A DNA stretch of 64,000 nucleotides from a virus. The position numbers and the translations under genes were made by a program. Positions 46,929-55,756 of this stretch are shown here, one piece after another. The notes beneath the pieces were generated by a model that worked only from the letters and a program-made list of their open reading frames with translations, did not search any database and had not been told where the DNA came from. Location: IMG/VR virus record IMGVR_UViG_3300021168_000013. One strand, given 5' to 3'. The first letter of the stretch is position 1, and each line of letters starts with the position of its first letter.

Positions 46929-49900
46929 ATGCCAATAACCGAAGGTGGAACATTTACACCAGACAGAAGAATCGTTAGTCCGGGTGTTTTTACCAGAGAG
47001 AACGATTTAACAGGAATTACACAAGGAATATCGGACATAGGTGCCGTTGTCGTTGCTCCGTTTGCCAAGGGTCCCGGATTCAGTCCAACATTGATTACAA
47101 GTACCAATGATTTACAGCAGATATTTGGTGTACCTGATGGAACTTATTATGGTCCATATACAGCTAATGAATATTTGACACAAAAGGGGTTTGTAACAGT
47201 ATGTCGTGTTGGTGGATTAACTGGCTACAATCAAGCACATCCATTGGTTGTGTATGCTCAAGCTGGTAGATGGGAAAGAAATTATGATATTGGTTCCTTG
47301 AATGGCAATTTATCATTTATTACACCAAATGGAGCATTTGCTACGGGATATTCAGGTAGCTTGACATTGGTTACTTCTAGCCTATCAAACGGTTGGTATA
47401 CTGGTTCGTTATATTTCAGTTCGCCTACTTTCGCCGTGACGTTCCAATCAATTTCAGGAACAGCAACGGCAAGTGTAAGTCCATTATCATCTAGTTTCGG
47501 AAGTTTGCTTTTCAATGGACAATCAACTCAATTTGTCACTACTACAAATTATACCGCAAGCGTGTTTTTCACTGGTTCTGGTTTAACAACTGCTTCATGG
47601 CCATTGACTGGATCAGCACTAACTTCGTTTTTGGCATCGAGTGGTGCTCAATTGACTGGAAGTTTGGCTGGTGCAACAAATTTAGCTCCATATGGCAATG
47701 ATCCATTTGATGGTAAAAGTGATCCAAACTCTCCAAATGGGCCAATTAGTTTAACTACGGCATCATTTACATTGAATAATAATGCGGGTTGTTCTAATCC
47801 AACATTTAACCTTACTGGTTATTTAAGTGGGTCATTTGGTCAATACAATGGAACATTCCGTAATAACTCAGTGGCTCCATATTTGAATAATTGCGGAGTA
47901 TTGGTAACTGGCAGTGGTTCTAACGTTCTTTTGGCTGTTCTTAATGATACCTTGGCTGGAGGAATTAATACATCAACATTGACGGCTCCGGGATTCAGTG
48001 GATCATATGTATTGACAAGCAGTATATTGAACAGTAACTCCTCTAGTATAACTCAAGAATATTCCTTGGTATTATCATCAAGTAACGGATTCGGTTGGGG
48101 AATTTATAATTTCAATATAAGTGCTGCCAACAACGATTATATTCTTAACTCCTTTGGTAATGTTCCTACTGTTGGAAATCCCGCAACACAAGTTTCTGGT
48201 CAAAAGATTCCAGCGGCATATCTATATTCTACATTCCCTGATAGTATGGCACAAATTGTTGCTTCTCCGGATGATTGGATTATACAAGTGGCGGCACCAC
48301 TTCAATTTGGAACTCCATTCAGTGGTTCAGTTCAAGCATTGACCTTCACAGATCAATATTCGTTTAATCCAACAGCCGGAGATAGTGTATTCTCATTGAC
48401 CAACGCAACTACTCCATGGGTATCATCCCAAGCCGTAGCTGGTGTCAATGGAAATAAATACCGTTATCAATTATTCCAGATTGCGACTATTGGAGATGGA
48501 ACATACAATAATACTCAATACAAAATTGAGATAAGTAATGTTAAATTGGCAGGAACCGTTCCCGGATCGAATTGGGGAACGTTTACACTAAGTGTAAGAG
48601 CGTTCGGTGATACAGAAAACCGTCCACAATATATCGAGTCTTATACCAATTTAACTCTTGATCCTACGTCTGATAATTTCGTTGCTAGAGCAATTGGTGA
48701 TCAATACAGCTTTATCACCGCTGGCGGAAAAGTAATTGAATATGGATTGTTCAGAAATGTTAGTAGTGTTATTCGTGTTATAATGAGCACAAATAACTAT
48801 CCAGTAAGTGCGGTTCCTTTTGGATTTGCAGCATATCAAGTTCCGTTTGGTGGTTTGGTTGCTGACAACATGACTCCTGTAATGTTGTACTCAAAGGCTT
48901 CTACATCAACTAACACTCCGGGAAAATTTGCTTCGGGAATTGTGTTGGCACAAACGTTGACTTCTGATCCAGAAATTTCTGGATTGTATCCAACTAGTTC
49001 CGCTGGAACATTTATATATAATGATAATTTGGCATATTTTGCTCCATTACCAGCTAATACCACAATTGGCAATAATATTGGTTTCTATCTTGATACCGAT
49101 TATACAGCTAGCGGAGTTGGTGTTTCTGCATATATTAGTTCTTCAACAGGAGCTATTAATGCAATTCCGGCAACTATCACATCAAACGAATCTACATATG
49201 CTAAAATGCGTAAGTTTGTATTTGGATTCCAAGGTGGATTTGACGGTCAGTCGCCAGCCACCGTAATAAACACTGGTGTAAATATAACAGCAGGTAATAC
49301 ACAGGGACTTAACTGTGCCACAATTTCAAATGCTGGAAGTGTTGGATACAATCAATGTATCGGTGCTTTGAGTAATTCCGATGTATTCGATATTAACATG
49401 ATTGTTACTCCGGGCATATTTTACAGTTTACATTCTTATGTTGCACAAACAGTGATTGATATGTGCACAAACCGTGGGGACTGTTTCTATATAATGGATA
49501 ATACTATCCCACCAGCAATAACTCCGGTTGCAAGTCAGGTTGATGGAGTTGTTAATAGTGTGTCAACAATTGATAGCAATTACGTCGCAACATATTACCC
49601 ATGGGTGACTATATTGGATACAAACATCAATCAAATTGTGAGTGTGCCACCATCCGTTGTTCTTCCAGCAGTATATGCTGCTAGTGATAATGCTTCGGCT
49701 GAATGGTTTGCTCCAGCGGGATTAAACCGTGGTGGTATTCCACAAGCAACCGGTGTATTGGATAGATTAACTCACGGTGAAAGAGACACTCTATACATTG
49801 GACGCATCAATCCAATCGCGACATTTGCTGGAACAGGAATCGCGGTCTGGGGTCAAAAAACCCTTCAAGTAGCTGATAGTGCTCTTAACAGAGTAAGTGT

Positions 49901-50204
49901 TCGTAGATTATTGATAAACTTGAAGAAGTTTATTGCGAGTACCAGTCAATATTTGGTATTCGAACAGAATACATCTACAACCCAAAACAGATTCTTGAGT
50001 GTGGTCAATCCATACCTTGAGAGTGTTCAACAGAGAAGTGGTTTATATGCATTCAAAGTAGTGTGTGCTGGAAGCAATAATACACCAGATGTTGTTGATG
50101 AAAACATACTCTACGGACAAATTTACATACAACCTACCAAGACGGCTGAATATATCGTCATTGACTTTAATATATTACCGACTGGAGCAAGTTTTTCTAG
50201 CTAA
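46929..50204 (+). CDS. gp18: Contractile tail sheath protein
   Basis: SPGVFTREND N-terminus, YYPWV, WFAPAGLNRG, INPI, WGQKTL, RVSVRRLL, IQPTKTAEYIVIDF. Confidence 0.95.
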   Translation: MPITEGGTFTPDRRIVSPGVFTRENDLTGITQGISDIGAVVVAPFAKGPGFSPTLITSTNDLQQIFGVPDGTYYGPYTANEYLTQKGFVTVCRVGGLTGYNQAHPLVVYAQAGRWERNYDIGSLNGNLSFITPNGAFATGYSGSLTLVTSSLSNGWYTGSLYFSSPTFAVTFQSISGTATASVSPLSSSFGSLLFNGQSTQFVTTTNYTASVFFTGSGLTTASWPLTGSALTSFLASSGAQLTGSLAGATNLAPYGNDPFDGKSDPNSPNGPISLTTASFTLNNNAGCSNPTFNLTGYLSGSFGQYNGTFRNNSVAPYLNNCGVLVTGSGSNVLLAVLNDTLAGGINTSTLTAPGFSGSYVLTSSILNSNSSSITQEYSLVLSSSNGFGWGIYNFNISAANNDYILNSFGNVPTVGNPATQVSGQKIPAAYLYSTFPDSMAQIVASPDDWIIQVAAPLQFGTPFSGSVQALTFTDQYSFNPTAGDSVFSLTNATTPWVSSQAVAGVNGNKYRYQLFQIATIGDGTYNNTQYKIEISNVKLAGTVPGSNWGTFTLSVRAFGDTENRPQYIESYTNLTLDPTSDNFVARAIGDQYSFITAGGKVIEYGLFRNVSSVIRVIMSTNNYPVSAVPFGFAAYQVPFGGLVADNMTPVMLYSKASTSTNTPGKFASGIVLAQTLTSDPEISGLYPTSSAGTFIYNDNLAYFAPLPANTTIGNNIGFYLDTDYTASGVGVSAYISSSTGAINAIPATITSNESTYAKMRKFVFGFQGGFDGQSPATVINTGVNITAGNTQGLNCATISNAGSVGYNQCIGALSNSDVFDINMIVTPGIFYSLHSYVAQTVIDMCTNRGDCFYIMDNTIPPAITPVASQVDGVVNSVSTIDSNYVATYYPWVTILDTNINQIVSVPPSVVLPAVYAASDNASAEWFAPAGLNRGGIPQATGVLDRLTHGERDTLYIGRINPIATFAGTGIAVWGQKTLQVADSALNRVSVRRLLINLKKFIASTSQYLVFEQNTSTTQNRFLSVVNPYLESVQQRSGLYAFKVVCAGSNNTPDVVDENILYGQIYIQPTKTAEYIVIDFNILPTGASFSS

Positions 50205-50230
50205 GTAAGTTAGGATATAAAAATCAAAAG

Positions 50231-50261
50231 AACCCGTGATGTCAAAATCACGGGTTTTTCA
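50231..50261 (+). terminator. Rho-independent terminator after the sheath gene
   Basis: Perfect 10-bp stem AACCCGTGAT (50231-50240) / ATCACGGGTT (50247-50256), 6-nt loop, followed by a short T tract. Confidence 0.85.
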
Positions 50262-50274
50262 TTTAAATGTTACA

Positions 50275-50282
50275 TATTTATG
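50275..50282 (+). promoter_or_regulatory. Candidate late promoter TATTTATG
   Basis: Directly after the terminator, ending 4 nt before ATG 50287. Confidence 0.5.
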
Positions 50283-50286
50283 TATA

Positions 50287-53200
50287 ATGAATAGTTTATC
50301 CAAATACCTTGTGGACTCATTAAGACCCAGTGTTTCTCATAGTTTATATAAAATGTATGAGTTCAAAGGCGCACTAAATGAAGATGCTAGAATTCAACAT
50401 GCTGAAGATGTTATATTTTGGGAAGGTTCGGTTGGGGCAAAAAGAGTATTACAAAGCTTCTTGGAGATTCAAAAACAAGGATATAAAAACATCACTATAA
50501 AATGGGATGGGTCACCAGCAATTGTATTCGGGAGAAACCCTTCTGGACAATTTGTATTAACTGATAAAAATGGTTTTTTTGCCAAAGGCTATAACGGAAA
50601 AGCTACGTCAGGAGATGAACTTGAGAAGATGTTTTTAGCAAGAGGTGGTGGTGGAGAAAAGAGCGAAGAATTTAAAGCATTTGCTGGACAAATGAAGTCG
50701 ATATTTAGTATATTTGAGAGTGCTATTCCAGTCAATTTTCGTGGATATTTTAAGGGAGATTTATTATACTCAAAGACTCCTCCAATAAAAGACGGTAACT
50801 ATGTTTTCAAACCAAATATTGTCACATATTATGTGGATATAAATTCGGAATTAGGAAAGAAAATATCACACAGTGTATCAGCAGTAGTTATTCATAGATT
50901 CATGGATGAAACTGGAAAGGAAACTGCCATAACAGATTTCAGTATTTTTCAAGGAGAAAAATTATTAGTTATTCCTCCTATAACTATTCAGAAAGCACCT
51001 AAAGTAGATAACAATAAAATAAAAGAGACATTGTCAGATATCGCTAAATACGGAAAAGCTATTGACAAAATGTTAGATGAGAAAACTTTAATTTCACTGA
51101 AATTGGTTGATTTCCCTGATACGTTGTATAGATACATAAATTCCAAAGTTGATACTGGGTTGACTAATTTAGGTAAAGATTTTGAGGCGTGGGTGGTTAC
51201 TGGGTCTAAGTTAACCGAAGTAAAAAGAAAAAGAATGTTGGAATACATCAAGGCCAATCAATCAGCATTTGATGGACTGTGGTTAATTGTTGGTAATATA
51301 ATGAGTATCAAAGATTCTGTGGTAAATGATATCGACCAACAGAGTTTACCTATCAAAGCCTTTATTGGTAATGTTCCTAGTGGAGAGGGTTATGTATTAT
51401 CCCATCCAAAGGGTGATATAAAATTTGTGTCTAGACCGATTTTTACTGCGGCCAACCGAGCAGTTCAACGGGAAACTATCGCAAATTATGATTTTGATAT
51501 ACCCGATTATCAACGGGAATTAAAAGAAGGCGGCTTTTTAAAACCTGAATTAACTGCTAAAACCAAAATAACACCACAAGTAGTTAATGCTGTGTTCGAT
51601 AATGCTAAGAAGTTTCTCAGGGAGTTTAATGAATATCTTAAAGCCAAAGGCCATTCCATGATAATGGATATTAAGATATTGGGTTCGGCCAGATATTTCC
51701 AACAAGATTTACAAACAAACCCAAATGAACAATATGGTGATATAGATATAATGTTCGTTTTGCCGGAAGCTGATAGTGATGAAAATGAGGCAAAAGTCAA
51801 GACTCTATATTCCAAATTAATAGTTGATTTCGTTAAGACATCCAATCAAAATTACATTGATAAAGAAAGTGCGGAAAGAAGTGGTGGCACTCAATTAGTA
51901 GTTAAGATAGATGATAAAGAATGGGTTCAATTTGATTTGCTATTCACGTTTAAAAAGTATGGAGATTGGTTTTCCACTAGATTCAGTCCACAAAGAGGAG
52001 TTAAAGGATTTGTGACTGGTAAATTATATTCGGCATTGGCAGAGACTTTAAATATTAGAATAGGAGATAGAGGAGTTCGTGCTAAGTTACAGAATGGGCA
52101 AATTACAAATCCTTTATTGAGGAAAGGTGTAATAGACAAATTAATATCAACTAGTCCTACAGATTTCTTGTTTGAGTTATTTCATTTCCTAACCGAATTA
52201 TTTGATATAAAGTACACCAGTGATCAAATTGATTCCCGATTGAATTCCCATAAAGGGTTGAATCCTGAAAATATTCAATTTACTGATTTGGCGGAAGGTA
52301 TAGCGGGACTTGTTCAGAGTTTAGATAATGTTGGGGTATTGCGTAAAATGAATACATCTCATGCTGCATTTATAGATTCTATAAAAACTAAATATGAAGA
52401 GAAAATTGCTGAAGATATCGCTTTTAAATCAAAAAAGGCCACGGATGTCGATACTCAACATAGATTGATTAAAATAAAAAGGGATGCGGAAACTGGTAAA
52501 GAATTGGTTAATAGACTGATTAGAGAGTTTACCGAGCAATTTAATGAGTATATCAACGAGAGCGGGAATGCTGTAGCCACGAATTCAAAGGTTCCTAGAC
52601 AATATCTGGAGTCTACAGTATCTAATGGATTAAATATGTATAAACTAGGTACATTAAAATATGAAATCGTAGGCAATAAACAGAAGGAATACCTAGGTGA
52701 CATAGATGTGGCTACTTCCGTAATTGGTTTAGAAAAGATATTGGGTGTTTCTTATGAAGCAGATAAGAAGGAATTCTATAAAAAGTTAGATGATTATATA
52801 AAAAGCAAGGTTCCTAGTAATGTTCCTCAACCAGCTTACAAAGTTATGGCTGGATTGGATCAATTAAGTATAAATGTTCCAATAGTTGATTCAACTGGTA
52901 AAATAATGAAATCAACTGAAACCAATGAAGAAGAGGGGTATGCTCAATTAGATTTAATGATTGGTGATGTGGATTTCATGAATAAAGCTTTAAGTGGTGC
53001 TCCTGATAGCAAATACAAAGCCGCTCTTAGAAATTTGTTACTGATGTCTATAACAAGATATAGTTATGCTCCTACAGCCGTTCCTAATATAAAAACTCGT
53101 TATCAATTTAATTGGAAAAAGGGGATGCAAAAGTTGGATGTTATTACAAATGATAAAGGAAAAGAAGAAAAGCATAATATAAAAACAGTTACTAATAATA

Positions 53201-53373
53201 TGGATGATGTGGCAGTTTTTTTATTTGGTAAAAATCACACGTTTAATGACATTAACACTTTTGAAAAACTATTTAAATTGATGAATAGTAATGATTTCCG
53301 TTATAAGGAACATAAAAACGAAATCATCGCAGATTTTAAAGGTGAAATTAAAAAGTTGGGTTTTGCAATATAA
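50287..53373 (+). CDS. Multidomain nucleotidyltransferase: ligase-superfamily (DUF6267-like) domain plus two Pol-beta-family NTase domains
   Basis: Start moved to ATG 50287; the track start lies inside the terminator. Motifs are KWDG / KGDLL / EGYVL / IKFV, then LGS...GDIDI...QFDL, then IVGN...GDIDV...QLDL. Confidence 0.7.
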   Translation: MNSLSKYLVDSLRPSVSHSLYKMYEFKGALNEDARIQHAEDVIFWEGSVGAKRVLQSFLEIQKQGYKNITIKWDGSPAIVFGRNPSGQFVLTDKNGFFAKGYNGKATSGDELEKMFLARGGGGEKSEEFKAFAGQMKSIFSIFESAIPVNFRGYFKGDLLYSKTPPIKDGNYVFKPNIVTYYVDINSELGKKISHSVSAVVIHRFMDETGKETAITDFSIFQGEKLLVIPPITIQKAPKVDNNKIKETLSDIAKYGKAIDKMLDEKTLISLKLVDFPDTLYRYINSKVDTGLTNLGKDFEAWVVTGSKLTEVKRKRMLEYIKANQSAFDGLWLIVGNIMSIKDSVVNDIDQQSLPIKAFIGNVPSGEGYVLSHPKGDIKFVSRPIFTAANRAVQRETIANYDFDIPDYQRELKEGGFLKPELTAKTKITPQVVNAVFDNAKKFLREFNEYLKAKGHSMIMDIKILGSARYFQQDLQTNPNEQYGDIDIMFVLPEADSDENEAKVKTLYSKLIVDFVKTSNQNYIDKESAERSGGTQLVVKIDDKEWVQFDLLFTFKKYGDWFSTRFSPQRGVKGFVTGKLYSALAETLNIRIGDRGVRAKLQNGQITNPLLRKGVIDKLISTSPTDFLFELFHFLTELFDIKYTSDQIDSRLNSHKGLNPENIQFTDLAEGIAGLVQSLDNVGVLRKMNTSHAAFIDSIKTKYEEKIAEDIAFKSKKATDVDTQHRLIKIKRDAETGKELVNRLIREFTEQFNEYINESGNAVATNSKVPRQYLESTVSNGLNMYKLGTLKYEIVGNKQKEYLGDIDVATSVIGLEKILGVSYEADKKEFYKKLDDYIKSKVPSNVPQPAYKVMAGLDQLSINVPIVDSTGKIMKSTETNEEEGYAQLDLMIGDVDFMNKALSGAPDSKYKAALRNLLLMSITRYSYAPTAVPNIKTRYQFNWKKGMQKLDVITNDKGKEEKHNIKTVTNNMDDVAVFLFGKNHTFNDINTFEKLFKLMNSNDFRYKEHKNEIIADFKGEIKKLGFAI

Positions 53374-53379
53374 AAAGTT

Positions 53380-54123
53380 ATGAAGCGAGCAAAAAATAAG
53401 TCGAATTTATCGATCATCCAAGACTATGTCGATGATGTCAGACCATTCACACAAATTAGTATGGTTGGAACTGATGAATTATCAAAACGAAAAGAGGGGG
53501 AAGAATGGACTGATGCTACTGGGAAAAAATGGAAAAAAAAGAATGGTGTCAAAACCAAACTTAACAAGATAAAAACTACTGCATTAGATGTTGCCAATCA
53601 ATCATATGTCTGTTCCATATGTAAATGTGACACCCGCTTTAGCACAAACGCCATGAAACGTTTTGATCAACAGGTTATATTCAAAACACGAAAATGTTAT
53701 GATTGTTTTATAGAATTTGAGACTCTTTTAAAATTCAAAGGATTTTTCAACGATTATGAGAAGTTTAGATCATACACCAATTTCAAAAATTATCTACTGG
53801 ATTTTAGACAAAAATTAAATGAAACAGTTACTTGGTGTAATTCTCCAGATTCCAAAAAAATTCAATCATTGAATGATACTGGAATAAATAGTGTTGAGTT
53901 ACAAACGGAATATGACACCACTGATAAAGTAGAGATCGTTAAACGTGATGCGATTAAGGATTTAGCAGAGATTGATTCTAAAATGAAAGATGTTGATATA
54001 TTTCTTTCTGAACTGGATTTTGATTATAATAAAATAAAGGATGTAGAAAAATTCATGAAAAAGAAATACAAAAAAGGTAGAAATACCGAAGAATTTAAAA
54101 TCAAAATGGGGAGTGCTAATTAA
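53380..54123 (+). CDS. Hypothetical Zn-finger protein immediately upstream of TerL
   Basis: KRKEGEEWTDATGKKWKKKNG, CSIC...CYDC and C-terminal helices. It ends 1 nt before the TerL start. Confidence 0.7.
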   Translation: MKRAKNKSNLSIIQDYVDDVRPFTQISMVGTDELSKRKEGEEWTDATGKKWKKKNGVKTKLNKIKTTALDVANQSYVCSICKCDTRFSTNAMKRFDQQVIFKTRKCYDCFIEFETLLKFKGFFNDYEKFRSYTNFKNYLLDFRQKLNETVTWCNSPDSKKIQSLNDTGINSVELQTEYDTTDKVEIVKRDAIKDLAEIDSKMKDVDIFLSELDFDYNKIKDVEKFMKKKYKKGRNTEEFKIKMGSAN

Positions 54124-54124
54124 T

Positions 54125-55732
54125 ATGGCACCAGAATCAAAAAATCTACGGGATGTAATTAAGGAAGAATATAAAAAATGTTTCCTTGACCCTATGTATT
54201 TCATGAAGAAATACGTTAAAATTCAACATCAAACTCGCGGTATTATAGGATTTGAGTTATATCCATTCCAAGAAGAAACTCTCAAGGATTTTATTACTAA
54301 CGATAGAAATATCGTGTTAAAATCGAGACAGATGGGCATTTCAACACTGTGTGCGGCGTATTCATTGTGGACTATGATATTCAACCCGGGAAAGAACGTG
54401 TTGATCATTTCTACCAAACAAGATACTTCAAAAGAAATTGTTTCCAAGATTCGTTTGGCTAATAATAATTTACCAAGTTGGTTAAGAATTCAAACGGCGG
54501 AGGATAATAGATTGTCTTTAAAATTTACCAACGAATCTAAAGTTGAGGCAGCTTCTTCTTCTTCTGATTCAGTTCGTGGTAAATCTGCTTATTTGGTGAT
54601 ATTGGACGAGTGCGCTTTCATTGATGATGTTGAGGCTATCTGGACATCGGCTCAACAAACTATTGGTACAGGTGGCCGTGCTATATTGTTGTCCACACCA
54701 AACGGTGTTGGTAATTTTTTCCACAAGATGTGGGTGGAGTCAGAAGCTAAGAGAAATAGTTTTCATACTATTAAACTTAAATGGAATCTTCATCCTGAAA
54801 GAAATCAGGAATGGCGTGATAGACAGACTATTGAACTTGGTATTAAAAAAGCATCACAGGAGTGCGATACCGAATTCTTAAGTTCTGGTAATACTGTAGT
54901 CGAAATTCAATTAATTGAAGAGTATAGAAAGGAAGTAAAAGAACCTGTAGAAACTCGTGGTGTAGATCATGCATATTGGATATGGGATAGACCCGATTAT
55001 AGTTTGGATTATCTAATAAGTGCTGACGTTGCTAGAGGAGATGGAAATGATTTCAGTGCATTTCAAGTCATTGATCCAGTAAACTTAGTACAGGTGGCTG
55101 AATATAAAGGGGTGATAGGGACTAAGGAGTATGGTAATATGTTGGTGGCAGCGGCAACCGAATATAATAATGCATTATTAGTTATTGAAAATGCATCATA
55201 TGGGTGGGCAACTATCCAACAAGTAATCGATAGAAATTATAAGAATTTATTCTATAGTAGTGCGGATTTGCAATATGTAGATGTCGAACAACACATTACT
55301 AATAAACTAAACGCATTAGATAAAAAGTTGATACCGGGATTTACTAACAGTACCAAGACACGTCCATTGATAATAAATAAGCTTGAGACGTGTATGCGAG
55401 ATAAATCTTTCACTATTCGTTCTAAACGATTATTGGATGAATTATCTACATTTGTTTGGAATAATGGAAAAGCTGAAGCGATGCGTAATTATAATGATGA
55501 TTTAATTCTCAGTGCTGCTATTGGTTTATGGATTAGAGACACCGCATTGAGATTAAATAAAGAATCCATGAGTATAAACAGAGTTATATTGGATGGTATC
55601 CGAAGGACTGGTATAACAGAGACTACTATTCTAAAGTACTCACAGAATAGAGAAAATGCCAAAAAATCATGGACTTTTGAGCTTCCGGGTGGTGCCAGAA
55701 ACAAAAAAGAAACGTTAAATTGGTTATTATAA
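54125..55732 (+). CDS. gp17: Terminase large subunit
   Basis: Start moved to ATG 54125. Walker A KSRQMGIST, Walker B LVILDECAF, STPNG, nuclease SADVARG...DFSA...DDLI. Confidence 0.97.
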   Translation: MAPESKNLRDVIKEEYKKCFLDPMYFMKKYVKIQHQTRGIIGFELYPFQEETLKDFITNDRNIVLKSRQMGISTLCAAYSLWTMIFNPGKNVLIISTKQDTSKEIVSKIRLANNNLPSWLRIQTAEDNRLSLKFTNESKVEAASSSSDSVRGKSAYLVILDECAFIDDVEAIWTSAQQTIGTGGRAILLSTPNGVGNFFHKMWVESEAKRNSFHTIKLKWNLHPERNQEWRDRQTIELGIKKASQECDTEFLSSGNTVVEIQLIEEYRKEVKEPVETRGVDHAYWIWDRPDYSLDYLISADVARGDGNDFSAFQVIDPVNLVQVAEYKGVIGTKEYGNMLVAAATEYNNALLVIENASYGWATIQQVIDRNYKNLFYSSADLQYVDVEQHITNKLNALDKKLIPGFTNSTKTRPLIINKLETCMRDKSFTIRSKRLLDELSTFVWNNGKAEAMRNYNDDLILSAAIGLWIRDTALRLNKESMSINRVILDGIRRTGITETTILKYSQNRENAKKSWTFELPGGARNKKETLNWLL

Positions 55733-55743
55733 TGTATTTAAAC

Positions 55744-55751
55744 TATTTATT
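55744..55751 (+). promoter_or_regulatory. Candidate late promoter TATTTATT
   Basis: Ends 5 nt before the portal ATG at 55757. Confidence 0.5.
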
Positions 55752-55756
55752 TTTAT

